A stretch of DNA of 64,000 bases from Octopus vulgaris. Its lineage: Eukaryota. How positions within the stretch are numbered: the stretch's first letter is position 1; the number at the start of each line of letters is the position of its first letter. Below, piece after piece: positions 1 through 12,189 of the stretch. The notes beneath the pieces were generated by a model, which saw nothing but the letters and a program-made list of their open reading frames with translations, ran no database searches and had not been told where the DNA came from. The stretch is taken from the NCBI GenBank assembly GCA_951406725.2, contig OX597833.1:15686001-15750000 (forward strand), given 5' to 3'. Position numbers and translations under genes: made by a program.

Positions 1-94
1 GTATACAAAGTTGTGTTAAACACACACATGTATGTATGCATGGAAAAATGTGTGTGTGAGTATAATATATATGTATGTGTGTGTGCATGTGTAT

Positions 95-147
<53 letters not shown>

Positions 148-222
148 CTTATAATATTCATACGCATCTTTGAATATATGAATATATATCTATATACACA
201 CACACATATATATATCTCCATA

Positions 223-270
<48 letters not shown>

Positions 271-304
271 ATGTGTTTATGTGTATATATATATATATAT
301 ATAT

Positions 305-507
305 CAAAATGTGACCTCGGGTGTACCGTTGGCGATTTTTTTCCCTCTGTCTTCCCTTCTCTGGATCTTTCCTTCTATGTTTCCGACGATCTCCGCTCGA
401 AACGTTAAACCCTCTTTCTTTCCTTCATTCCTAAGCGTCCAATAATACTATATTTACTCCACGTTCTTGCGTTGTTGTGTTTTTTGTGCTTTCTTGTTTG
501 GATTAAC

Positions 508-508
<1 letters not shown>
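305..508 (+). mobile_element. Short TA-embedded element, Penelope pLTR-like, with degenerate hammerhead-like core
   Basis: Flanked by (TA)n on both sides; contains tttccgacgatctccgctcgaaacgttaaa (CYGAYGA...GCTCGAAACG); layout similar to 13603-13775, 22690-22850 and 61915-62116. Confidence 0.45.
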
Positions 509-565
<57 letters not shown>

Positions 566-568
<3 letters not shown>

Positions 569-760
569 TTACAGATATAGGGTGAAATATAATTGCTTTA
601 ATAAAATCAACAAATCTCACATAGTAGTATTTCGGTATGGAAAAAGACCATATTCGGTGAAAAACTTATATAATTATAATAATAAGGGTTTTTGCAACAA
701 GTTGCTTGACCACATACACAAAATTTTAGAAATAGCAGCCAAAGGACTACTATATAGTAG
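566..760 (-). mobile_element. Short dispersed TA-associated repeat (possible Penelope-derived terminal repeat)
   Basis: Shares gttgcttgaccacatac..aattttagaaatagcagccaaa with 36245-36320 and 39440-39495; its reverse complement shares accgaatatgg..ttttccatac with 36440-36465. Confidence 0.55.
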
Positions 761-869
761 TAAGTTTGCCTTTTTATTTTCTTCAAAAGTTTGTGTTTGG
801 ATAAAATTTTTTATGGAAAAGTTATGCAACAACTAATAAATACAAAATACATTCGATTGTGCAAATTCC

Positions 870-1540
870 TTGCACGGGAAACCTGCCTTTGTATGGCGTG
901 TTTCTCCATTTTGTAAATTCGTCTTCGGCTTTTTTTTCTAAAGTCGTTCTTTGAGAAGAACGGTGGTCTCCTTGACAACGCTTACGACGTTGTATTCCCT
1001 CCCCTCCCCTTCCCCACTGCTTCACGAGGGAGGGAAAGAAGGGGTGGATTGAGACAGGTGCACGTGCGAGCATGGACGCCGACACACGAAGAATTTGAAG
1101 AACCCAGACGACAACTTCACAGTCAACGACTACTACGTACAACTCTGCCACGACCACCACCAACTATGCCGAAAGAACGTATCTGGTGGACGCATCTGAA
1201 AGTATTGGAGACAAACACTTTCCTCTCTGGTCAACCTCTCATCAACTTCTTCAAGTGTCACTTGAAGAGGAAAGTGAGAGTAAAGAGGCAAGTTTTGTCT
1301 AGCGAATGTTTTAAAAAAAAGATGGGTGAATGTAGCAAGGATGGCACGTATGAATGACGAAGCCACCTTGAGCATGATCCTATGAACGAAAAAAAGAAAG
1401 GAAAAAGAGAGACATGTACTGTAATGTGCTTTTTGTATGACATTCTTGCCCAAGGTTACCGTGGTGTTTCCGCTTTTCTTTTCACAGATAAACCTAATCT
1501 GTTTTCCCTTTTTACATTTGACATTTCTGTGAATTTGGTT
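870..1540 (+). mobile_element. Internally deleted Tx1/L1-like LINE remnant (putative 5' UTR/ORF1 start joined to ORF2 C-terminus and 3' UTR)
   Basis: 1166-1385 reads MPKERIWWTHLKVLETNTFLSGQPLINFFKCHLKRKVRVKRQVLSSECFKK, then after a frameshift RWVNVARMARMNDEATLSMIL*, resembling Tx1-type ORF2 ends; upstream is MDADTRRI*RTQTTTSQSTTTTYNSATTTTNYA. Clade assignment is inference. Confidence 0.5.
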
Positions 1541-1543
1541 GGG

Positions 1544-1677
1544 TTCCGTCTACCAAATCCACTCACAAGGCTTTGGTCGGCCCGAGGCTATAGTAGAAGA
1601 TACTATACGCCGTGGTACTGAACCCGGAACCTTGTGGTTGGTAAGCAAGCTACTTACCACACAGCCACTCCTGCACC
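1544..1677 (-). mobile_element. SINE C, 5' half
   Basis: Reverse complement of head ggygcaggagtggctgtgtggtaagtagcttgc..ggttccgggttca; matches other C copies. Confidence 0.85.
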
Positions 1678-2058
1678 TATATATAAAGCTGAAGTTGTCT
1701 GTGTATGGCAGGTTTGGTAGCCTTCAACAAACACTATCTCCTCCGAGACCCTGCGGCACAAGTTGACCAAAATTGAGTGTATGATAGAAGAAGGCTTGCT
1801 CTTCTTTCCGTAGAAGAAAAAATCCAAATCGGACCATGTTAACACCAAAAATTATTTACATCAAAAAGGTGCTTATTTTTCTATGAAAATCTCTATTTTT
1901 TACGATTTTTTGACAGTTGTGTCGCCATTTTTCGGTGTATTTCAACCAGAAAAATGCACACTTAAAGAGAATAACAAGCTACATAATGCAAAACTTTTCA
2001 AAAATTCCAATTTTAAAGGGTCGAAACAAACCCGAGCAACGCCGGGCGATACTGCTAG
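1677..2058 (+). mobile_element. Non-autonomous Helitron-like element, divergent interior
   Basis: 5' ctatatataaagctgaagttgtctgtg; 3' hairpin cccgagcaacgccggg then cgatactgCTAG|t, same 3' end as four other copies. Confidence 0.75.
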
Positions 2059-2217
2059 TATATACATAAGTCTTTGATAGAATAATTTCTGTAAGAGCGT
2101 CCCAAAAATTTAACAATATTATACAAAAAAAAGATACAGGACTGAATCAGGACTGAAAATTCAATACATATTTCTGATTACCGAAGAATTTCCTCTTCCC
2201 AGTATTCTTGTCATCGG

Positions 2218-3060
2218 AGGCAGCTAAGTAGTAAAATTGTTAGAACATCGGACAAAGTTCTAAGTAGCAATCATTCCGATTATTTACGTTCTGGGTTCAA
2301 ATTTCGCCGAGGTCGAGGTTTGCCTTTCCTTGCTTCGATGTCGATATAATAAGTATCAGTTAAGGCGACGAGCTGGCAGAAACGTTAGCACGCCGGGCGA
2401 AATGCGTAGTCGTATTTCGACTGCCGTTACGTTCTGAGTTCAAATTCTGCCGAGGTCGACTTTGCCTTTCATCCTTTCGGGATCGATAAATTAAGTACCA
2501 GTTATGCACTTGGGTTGATGTATCGACTTAATCCGTTTGTCTGTCCTTGTTTGTCTCCTCTGTGTTTAGCCCCTTCTGGGTAGTAAAGAAATAAGTATTT
2601 CGTCTGTCTTTACGTTCTGTGTTCAAATTCCGCCGAGGTCGACTTTGCCTTTCATCCTTTCGGTGTCGATAAATTAAGTACCAGTTAAGCACTGGGGTCG
2701 ATATAATCAACTTAATCCGTTTGTCTGTCCTTGTTTGTCCTCTCCGTGTTTAGCCCCTTGTGGGTAGTAAAGAAATAGGTATTGCGTCTGTCTTTACGTT
2801 CTGTGTTCAAATTCCGCCGAGGTCGACTTTGCCTTTCATCCTTTCGGGGTCGATTAAATAAGTACCAGTTACGCACTGGGGTCGATATAATCGACTCAAT
2901 CCCTTTGTCTGTCGTTATATGTCGCCTCTGTGTGTAGCCCCTTGAGGGTAGTAAAGAAATAGATATAATAAATATCAGTTGAATACTGAGATCGGTCTAT
3001 TTCTTTACCGAAAATCCCCTAAAGTTGCTGGTTTTGTGCAAAAAATTTAAAATCAATAAT
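2218..3060 (+). mobile_element. Old SINE A interrupted by a young SINE A trimer (2364-2961)
   Basis: Degenerate A head 2218-2361 resumes at 2981; insert is one head plus three ~183-bp units; TSD gatataataa(g/a)tatcagtt at 2343-2361 and 2962-2980. Confidence 0.85.
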
Positions 3061-3631
3061 TTTCTAATAGATTTCTAGAAATATCCTCAGTGGTTATGGA
3101 ACGTTAATTAAACCAAGACGTGAACGAAATGATAACACTGACCTGAGGCGATAATACCGTAGGGAAACGTCTGTTTTACTGTCATTGATATATATTTTGC
3201 CAATTAGAATTTTCCGCCTGTTTTTATTTCTCTGGACAAAATATAAAATAAACACGATTCAAATTCATATCTTAAATTATAATCTTTTGGAAAATATTGA
3301 ATACGTAATGATTTCTCACTTTAATAGAAAATTCAAATTATCAAATTGAAATCAACATTTTTTGCTGACATTCATTTTAAAATATTATATTGCTGGATAT
3401 GATTTCCCTCGAGGCAGTTGATTTTATAGGTGGATGACTTATTTTATTTTCAATTCCCTATCATCAAAGTTGAAGCGAAATCTGTTGTCAACGACGTAAG
3501 TGAAGGCTTCATAAGTGTTTCATTGGACTTCTTCAATGTCGTTATCCTATCTGATGACACATTGTAGTTACATAACGTTTACTAAGATCGAATAAAGAGG
3601 ACTTCTGATTAATGTCATTCCTAATAAGGGA

Positions 3632-4047
3632 TACTCTTTTACTCTTTTACTTGTTTCAGTCATTTGACTGCGGCCATGCTGGAGCACCGCCTTTAGTCGA
3701 GCAAATCGACCCCGGGACTTATTCTTTGTAAGCCCAGTACTTATTCTATCGGTCTCTTTTGCCGAACCGCTAAGTGACGGGGACGTAAACACACTAGCAT
3801 CGGTTGTCAAGCAATGCTAGGGGGACAAACACAGACACACAAACACACAGACACATACATATATATATATATATACATATATACGACAGGCTTCTTTCAG
3901 TTTCCGTCTACCAAATCCACTCACAAGGCATTGGTCGGCCCGGGGCTATAGCAGAAGACACTTGCCCAAGATGCCACGCAGTGGGACTGAACCCGAAACC
4001 ATGTGGTTGGTTAGCAAGCTACTTACCACACAGCCACTCCTGCGCCT
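3632..4047 (-). mobile_element. SINE C, full length, young subfamily
   Basis: tRNA-like head, CORE-like cttgggcaagtgtctt, internal (TA)/(TG) tract, tail gactgaaacaagtaaaagagtaaaagag; near identical to 21627 and 62843 copies. Confidence 0.9.
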
Positions 4048-4071
4048 ATATGCTATTCATATTTATTTCTG

Positions 4072-4496
4072 GGATCTTTATCTTTTGACCGACAGATTTA
4101 AAAACTAATGTTTTGTCGAACTTCGGACACTGGTAGAATGTGTCATATAAAACATCTTTTACTCTTAGCGCTTTTGAGAAAAACTTATATTTACGAAGTT
4201 ATTTCACTTTAATGTTGTCGTATTTCGGTAATTTCAACCAATCAATGACGTGTATTCAGCTGAATAAAATTACTGCCGTTGTTTGTCAACAACAGCTATC
4301 GGCGGTGTATTTTTCGTTTGTCACTGTTATTTATGACATCGTTCGTGCGTTTGTACTGGTTTTAACTTTAAGATCTTAGGGTTATGGGTAAGAGCTTTAG
4401 AGTAGGGGTTGTCATAAATAATGGTGACAGGCGAAATATACACCACGCGAAGTTCTTGTTGATAAACAATAGTAGTAATTTTATTCAGCCGAATAC
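4072..4496. mobile_element. MITE-like DNA element with ~87-bp internal inverted repeat and TTAGGG-like spacer
   Basis: 4252-4338 is an imperfect reverse complement of 4410-4496; 4072-4260 matches 48580-48795 in reverse and starts ggatcttt. Confidence 0.65.
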
Positions 4497-4507
4497 TAAT
4501 GCACGTT

Positions 4508-4681
4508 CCCACGTTTTTATTGATCGCAATCTGGGATCGATTTTTGTAATTTTTTCAAGACATATACACGCCCTGATGACGTCTGTATCTACATATAACA
4601 TTTGAGCGCAATCGGATGGAGGATACCCGAGATTCTAGAAGACACACACACAGACAGACAGAACGGATTTTATATAATAGA
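4508..4681 (-). mobile_element. Helitron-like 5' fragment
   Basis: Reverse complement begins a|TCtattatataaaatccgttctgtctgtctgtgtgtg; no 3' CTAG end found. Confidence 0.5.
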
Positions 4682-4685
4682 TGAG

Positions 4686-4905
4686 GGCGGGGAGCTGGCA
4701 GAATATTTTGCACGCCGGGCAAAATGTTTAGGGCATATCGCCCGTCTTTACTTTCCCAGTTCAAATTCCGTCGAGTTCGATTTTAACTTTGACCTTTCGC
4801 GGTCGATAAAATAAGTACAAGTTGAACATTAGGTCGATTTAATTAACAAAACACGTCTCTCCCCGCCAAACTGTCCAGCTTTGTGCCTACAGTAAAGAAG
4901 ATTAT
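4686..4905 (+). mobile_element. Old SINE A monomer
   Basis: ggcggggagctggcagaa..gttcaaattccgtcgag..gtcgataaaataagtac; old-type tail ttgtgcctacagtaaagaagattatt. Confidence 0.8.
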
Positions 4906-4911
4906 TTAAAA

Positions 4912-5312
4912 CTAGCAGTATCGCCCGGCGCTGCTCGGGTTTGTAAGGGAAATAACTATATAAGCATTTTTAGAGAGTTATAGCCAAAAAATAGCAAAAA
5001 ATGCACTAAAAATGGAAAACAAATGATGGTAAATTTTTTTAAAATCGTTGACTCATCGTAGACATTTTTAGAGAGTTACTTCCCTTATATAATAGCGAAA
5101 AAATGCATTAAAATGGAAAAAATTATGGTAAATTATTTTTTTAAATCGTAGACTCATCGTAATACCAAGACGCGCGCTAATACCCAGAAGGGCTCGATAT
5201 GAATCACGACTATAAGATACCCGGTTTTGGTTAAATGCACCGCAAATGTGGGAGTAGTTAGGAATCTAAATCGTAGGAGACAGACACACAACTTCACTTT
5301 TATATATAAAGA
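4912..5312 (-). mobile_element. Non-autonomous Helitron-like element
   Basis: On minus strand a|TCtttatatataaaag ... cccgagcagcgccgggcgatactgCTAG|t; A|T insertion site, no TSD; internal ~95-bp duplication as in 59289-59685. Confidence 0.85.
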
Positions 5313-5315
5313 TAT

Positions 5316-5520
5316 AAGCGTGGTGATCTGACAGAATCGTTAGCGCATCGAGCATTTCTTCCGAAAATTTGCGTTCTCAGTTCATATCCCGCCAAGATCA
5401 AATTGGTGATCATCATTTTGGGTTTGATAACATAAATGACAGTTAAACACTGAGGTCGGTGTAATCTACTTAGCCCTGATCCCCAAATTGTTGACCCTGC
5501 GCCGAAATTTCAAACCCTTA
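5316..5520 (+). mobile_element. Old SINE A monomer (degenerate)
   Basis: ctgacagaatcgttagc..gcgttctcagttcatatcccgccaag..tail ccccaaattgttgaccctgcgccgaaatttc. Confidence 0.7.
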
Positions 5521-5577
5521 TTTAAAATGGGAACAACATTCAACATGTCATAAAGTAAAATACATCGTAAAATATAT

Positions 5578-6540
<963 letters not shown>

Positions 6541-6659
6541 AATTTCAAATTACTAACTTACGTTGTTTGTGTGATTTGAGGTAGGGTAATTATCATCTCT
6601 TGGTAGTATTTGTTATAATGACTGATTTGTATTTCGTATGTCAATATATTTTTCTGTTT

Positions 6660-7270
6660 CACGACGGCGAGCTGGCAGAATTGTCAGTAGGCCGGATAAA
6701 ATACGTAGCGGCATTTTGTCGATCCCTACATCGAGAGTTCAAATAGCAGCGAAACCACCGAGATTGACTTTGCCTTGTATCCTTTCAGGCTCCATGGAGT
6801 TAGTACTAGCTGAGCGTGGAGGCGCAATGGCCCAGTGGTTAGGGAAGCGGACTCGCGGTCATAGGATCGCGGTTTCCATTCCCAGACCGGGCGTTGTGAG
6901 TGTTTAGTGAGCGAAAACACCTAAAGCTCCACGAGGCTCCGGCAGGGGATGGTGGTGATCCCTGCTGTACTCTTTCACCACAACTTTCTCTCACTCTTAC
7001 TTTCTGTTTCTGTTGTACCTGTATTTCAAAGGGCCGGCCTCGTCACTCTCTGTGTCACGCTGAATATCCCTGAGAACTACGTTAAGGGTGCACGTGTCTG
7101 TGGAGTGCTCAGCCACTTACACGTTAATTTCACGAGCAGGCTGTTCCGTTGATTCGGATCAACCGGAACCCTCGTCGTCGGAACCGACGGAGTGCTTCCA
7201 CTCCACTAGCTGAGCACTAGGGGCGATGAAATCGATTTACTCTTTCCGCCGAGACTGAAGATCTTTGAAT
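6660..7270 (+). mobile_element. Old SINE A interrupted by SINE B (6817-7204)
   Basis: TSD actagctgagc on both sides of the B copy; degenerate A sequence continues across the insertion. Confidence 0.85.
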
Positions 7271-8109
7271 ACAATTTCAAATCAATATATCTTTCAGTTT
7301 CAATAAAGCTACTTAAAAGACAGAAAACTCAAACGGGACACACACTACTTAGCAATGAAATATCCATATCTATCAGTTGCTCATATGTCACAAAATATTG
7401 AAATTATAAAGAGACACAGACAATTCTCGGGGGAAAATTACACTTTTTTTTTTTTTTGCTGTATTTACTTTTGTAAAGAAATCCTTTGTGCAAATAGATT
7501 TAGAAAGCGACTTAAGAGATAAACTCCTGTCACTAAATATGTTTTTTTCAAAATATATTTATCTTTATAATTTATTTGTTAAATCTAGCACTTTTGTCAA
7601 TAGAATATTTATTTTTTCCAGTCACACTCTTGTTTTTAGTTCTTTTAGTCATCAATAGCTAGAGCGTATTTTACATATGACTTTGGAATAAAGACTATCT
7701 CGAAAAGCTACCAGTGTCTACAGATCTGATCTGAATTTTTTCTTACGAAAAGAAGAAAACCTCAACTAAGGACGTATAGCCTTACTTTTCATGTAAAAAC
7801 TGATACGTTTTAAACCTGATACGAATCTACTTTGACACCCTAAATATAAGAGATGTCAAATGATAAAATCACAGCCTCATTCTTTACTGAATACAGCAAA
7901 AAGTGACTGTACCTACATAAAACTGATTAGACAAACATAGCAATGGAGATCATTAGTTTTTATGATCAATAGTCTCCATATTTTTCATTAAAACAACGTT
8001 ACAATCTCTCTAAGACTGATTGGCATCTGGTGCGTATGTCACGCGGTTAAGTACGATCTGGGGTTCAGGTTATCGTTCTATAGCAGCTATACTATATTGT
8101 AGTTGAGGG

Positions 8110-8492
8110 GCGGCGCAATGGCCCAGTGGTTAGGGCAGCGGACTCGCGGTTGTAGGATGGCGGTTTCGATTCCCAGACCGGGCGTTGTGAGTGTTTATTG
8201 AGCGAAAACACCTAAAGCTCCACGAGGCTCCGGCAGGGGATGGTGGTGATCCCTGCTGTACTCTTTCACCACAAACTTTCTCTCAGTCTTACTTCCTGTT
8301 TCTGTTGTACCTGTATTTCAACGGGCCGGCCTTGTCACTCTCTGTGTCACGCTGAATATCCCCGAGAACTACGTTAAGGGTGCACGTGTCTGTGGAGTGC
8401 TCAGCCACTTACACGTTAATATCACGAGCAGGCTGTTCCGTTGATTCGGATCGACCGGAACCCTCATCGTCGTAACCGACGGAGTGCTTCCA
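8110..8492 (+). mobile_element. SINE B, full length
   Basis: A-box tggcccagtggttag, B-box ggtttcgattccc, tail gtcgtaaccgacggagtgcttcca; nearly identical to 6817, 19729, 33678 and 35114. Confidence 0.9.
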
Positions 8493-9162
8493 TACATCCC
8501 ACAAACAACAGTTCCTGACGTCACCTGATTCTGGAACACGGAAATTTTGCCTGCGATCAAAACGAAGCTTCAACAAATACAACAAAATGACCGTTTAAGT
8601 GAATCAGCCAACTGGAACGGCTGATGGCCATTCCCCACAGGGAAGCCAACCACACAGAATGACAGATTTGACAACCAGAAAAACAAGACGCCAAAAGTAC
8701 TTTAACGAATCAAAAATCAGATTCATTCACTGAAAAAAATTATAAATACACCGGATTCAAGAAAAACGCGGTTACAAGCAAAAGTTCTTGTACACGACGG
8801 AAAGAGAATCACAAACTATAAACCAAACCCCTTTTGTTTACTAGCTTCATTTCTCCCTTGTTTTTCTCCCTCTTAACTCAGTATGACCGAAACTTTGATG
8901 ATATACAATATCTAGTAACATTATATAATTTTATGCATCTTTTATATCATTCAGCCATGAACATTTAAACTTGTAAACATTGAAATTTTTAAACATGTTT
9001 TTCTAATTCATAAATCAAAATTGTTACCATTGATAAACAAAAAAATATTGTTGAAACTTGTTTGGTATACATATAAATAAATTTATTTAAAAGCAATTAT
9101 AATTATTTAAATTTACCTATATATTTTTTCCTGCGTGGAAATACACCTCTCTTTTGTTATAT

Positions 9163-9532
9163 ACTCTTTTACTGTTTTACTTGTTTCCTCGCCTTTAGTC
9201 GAGCAAACCGAACCCAGAACTTATTCTTTGTAAGCCTAGTACTTATTCTATCGGTCTCTTTTGTCGAACCGCTACGTTACGGGGACGTAAACACACCAGC
9301 ATCGCTTGTCAAGTGATGTAGGGGGACAGACACACACACACATATATATATATACATATACATATATACGACCGACTTATTTCAGTTTCCGTCTACCAAA
9401 TCCACTCACAAGGTTTTGGTCTGCCCGAGGCTGTAGCAGAAGACACTTGCCCAAGGTGCCACGCAGTGGTACTGAACCCGGAACCAAATGGTTGGTAAGC
9501 AAGCTACTTGCTACACAGCCACTCCTGCGCCT
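9163..9532 (-). mobile_element. SINE C
   Basis: Matches family C with small internal deletions. Confidence 0.85.
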
Positions 9533-10339
9533 ATATATATACTAATTTCAAAGCGAACGATTTCCCAAACCTTGTTTTTGGAATGCAATTTTATTGGTCT
9601 AAAAAGTAATCTTTAAGACATAATCAAGAAGGAACGCCACAAGGCTCCTAATTTTAAAATATTCACACTGAATAGTTATAGATGCCACTATCAGTTCAGG
9701 TGTTTGCTAGGTCGTGCTCTGTATTGTAAGAAATTGAATTCTGGAACCTTACATTTTAATTCTACTGAGTGAATTGCTCTTGTCTACGGGGGAAATAAGC
9801 AATCCATTAATAGCTCTTCTACAATATTTGTTATGACCAATGCTCACCTTTCAACCCTCTCTCAGCGTAAGTGCTAATGGCAATGAATCAGTCATTAGCA
9901 AACCTGTCAAGATTGTTTAATTTAATCGGCTAAACAGACGCCTGAGCGGCAACAATCAAGGCAAGTTTACTCGTAATCAAATTGTTAGGCGTACAGCATA
10001 CTTTATAGTTTTCAAAATTTACAGAGAAGAAAAGAACTTCTACAAGTTTATTTGATAGTTTATTTGATAGTTAAACCTTTCAAACAGCGTTTCCAATTTC
10101 TTTTACCCTGTTGTTATATAAGCAATCCAGAACTTATATTTGATTAAATCCGAAACTTGCTGTTAACAATATGTGAATATCACACTAGCCTTTATCTTAT
10201 GCAGTGGAATGAAACATACTTGCTTGTATGGCCAATGTTATCTTATTCAAATTCTTAAATTAGTCTACGTAAATTCATACTGACATGGTTTAGAAAAATT
10301 CTAGCAATACTGTAACGACTTGTAAGGTATAAAGATTTT

Positions 10340-10535
10340 TTTTACTTGTTTCAGTCATGTGACTGTGGCCATGCGACGAGCTTCTTTCAGTTTCCGTCTA
10401 CCAAATCCACTCACAAGGCTCTGGTCGGCCCGAGGCTACAGTAGAAATACTTACCTAAGGTGCCACGCAGTGGGACTGAACCCGGAACCATGTGGTTCGT
10501 AAACAAGCAACTTACCACACAGCCACTCCTACGTC
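10340..10535 (-). mobile_element. SINE C, internally deleted
   Basis: Tail end joined directly to the 5' half at gccatg|cgacg. Confidence 0.8.
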
Positions 10536-11266
10536 TATGCTATACATTTCTTCACTTATGCCAACGTTTCTGAGACATTCTACCTACGGTTAGACGTTCT
10601 ATATTTGATAAATTATATTGGAAACCAATGTCATTTAGTATACCGCTGTATTAATAAGAACGACTGAAAAACTTTCTCTCCAGAGGACAAGATCAATATT
10701 CGCTTGTTAACGATATTAACATCTTTCTTAGTTATAGTCGCTCGGAATCTATATTAATATACACTAATATGTCGTTAAGTTTTATTATGAAGACAACAAT
10801 TGCCAGTACCTTAATCTAGAGTTATATCTAAGAAATTAACTTTGCTTAAGCTTCTATTTACTGCGATCTTTGAATACTTTGATTAATTCCTTCTTTATAG
10901 CATCCATCGCAAAGTCATGACGCAAACTATGTAATCAATCCACAGAGGAGGGACAAATGTTACATAAATTTACAAACAGCATAAATTTACACTGGCATTT
11001 TCCATCCGAGGTAATGAACATACTTGATATATCAATCTCTCTTTTCCCAAGATATATTAACTTAAGCTTCGTGTTAGCAATTATTAGAAATGTTTAAATG
11101 TAATATACACGTCATTCTGCTTAGAAGAATATTCTGTCGTATAACGAACTGTGTATGAGAGTAAGAGTAGATACACTGAAGAAAGTCTGTGGTATTCGTC
11201 TCGGGACAGCATTTCTTACAGACGTATAGTGTTACAAAATTATGATTAATTAAAATATATGAAACA

Positions 11267-11540
11267 TAGGCACAAGCTTGGCTGAGTGGCAAGAAGCTTG
11301 CTTCCCAACGACATGGTTCCAGGTTTGTGTGTGTGTGTGTGTGCCCCCGCCATCGCTTGATAACCGATGCTGGTGTGTTTTTGTCCCCATAACGGCCCGG
11401 CAAAAGATAGCGTTAGAATATACACTAGGCTTACGAAGAAGAAGTTCTGGGGTCGATTTTTTTCGACTAAAACCCTTTAAGGAGGTGCTCCAGCGTGGCC
11501 GCAGTAAAATGATTGAAACAAGTAAAATAATACAAGAATA
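11267..11540 (+). mobile_element. SINE C, older, deleted
   Basis: Degenerate head, (GT)n, then 3' half ending gaaacaagtaaaa. Confidence 0.75.
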
Positions 11541-12059
11541 AATGACTAAATGAATGCCAGATCAATCTCGTGTGGCAGCGGTGGTGGAATTGTTAAATAT
11601 GTATTACTTCCTCTTTGAGCTTTGTGAAATGCAAGTATGCATTAATAACTACACGCCAAGACAAAACCAGCTTACACTGATATACAAAAAAGAAAACAGT
11701 GTTTGAATTAACATGAATGATGTAATCAATGGACGGGATGAATAAGTATTCGCTGCGTGCGCCAGAAACAGTATTGGTTCAAAATAGCAACGTGAGTTTC
11801 CTATATGGGTTGAGAGACTCATTCCAGATTTCAGTGTGGCGCTTCAATACCAAGAGTAAGATCCCCTATACTATTAACGTCTAGCAAATTTTAAGGAGAG
11901 CCGCTCATTCCAACTATCTACTAAAGGCTGCAGAAAATTTGCGACATAAGGAATATCATGCTAACAGCCTAGCAGTAAAAGAATAAAGCCTGTACCAACT
12001 GGGAAATGGAAACTACGCATGATTCAGGTGAGACCTTTCTAGGAGAGGACTAATTTGCG

Positions 12060-12096
12060 GTGTTGTTGTTGTTGTTGTTGTTGTTGTTATTCAGGT

Positions 12097-12143
<47 letters not shown>

Positions 12144-12153
12144 CATAATAATA
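12060..12153. repeat. (GTT)n and (TAA)n microsatellites
   Basis: Directly visible trinucleotide runs. Confidence 0.95.
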
Positions 12154-12189
12154 ACATCGAAAAATACCTTAGGAATGAGAACCCAGGTG

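Noticed and set aside
6817-6890. tRNA genes at SINE heads
   Set aside because: A/B boxes are present but continue into 300-bp repeat bodies with TSDs, so they are SINE heads and not tRNA genes.
6949-7152. Recurrent 67-aa ORF MVVIPAVLFHHN.. (also 33725, 35248) as a gene family
   Set aside because: It lies inside SINE B; the similarity reflects young copies, and the frame is broken in other copies.
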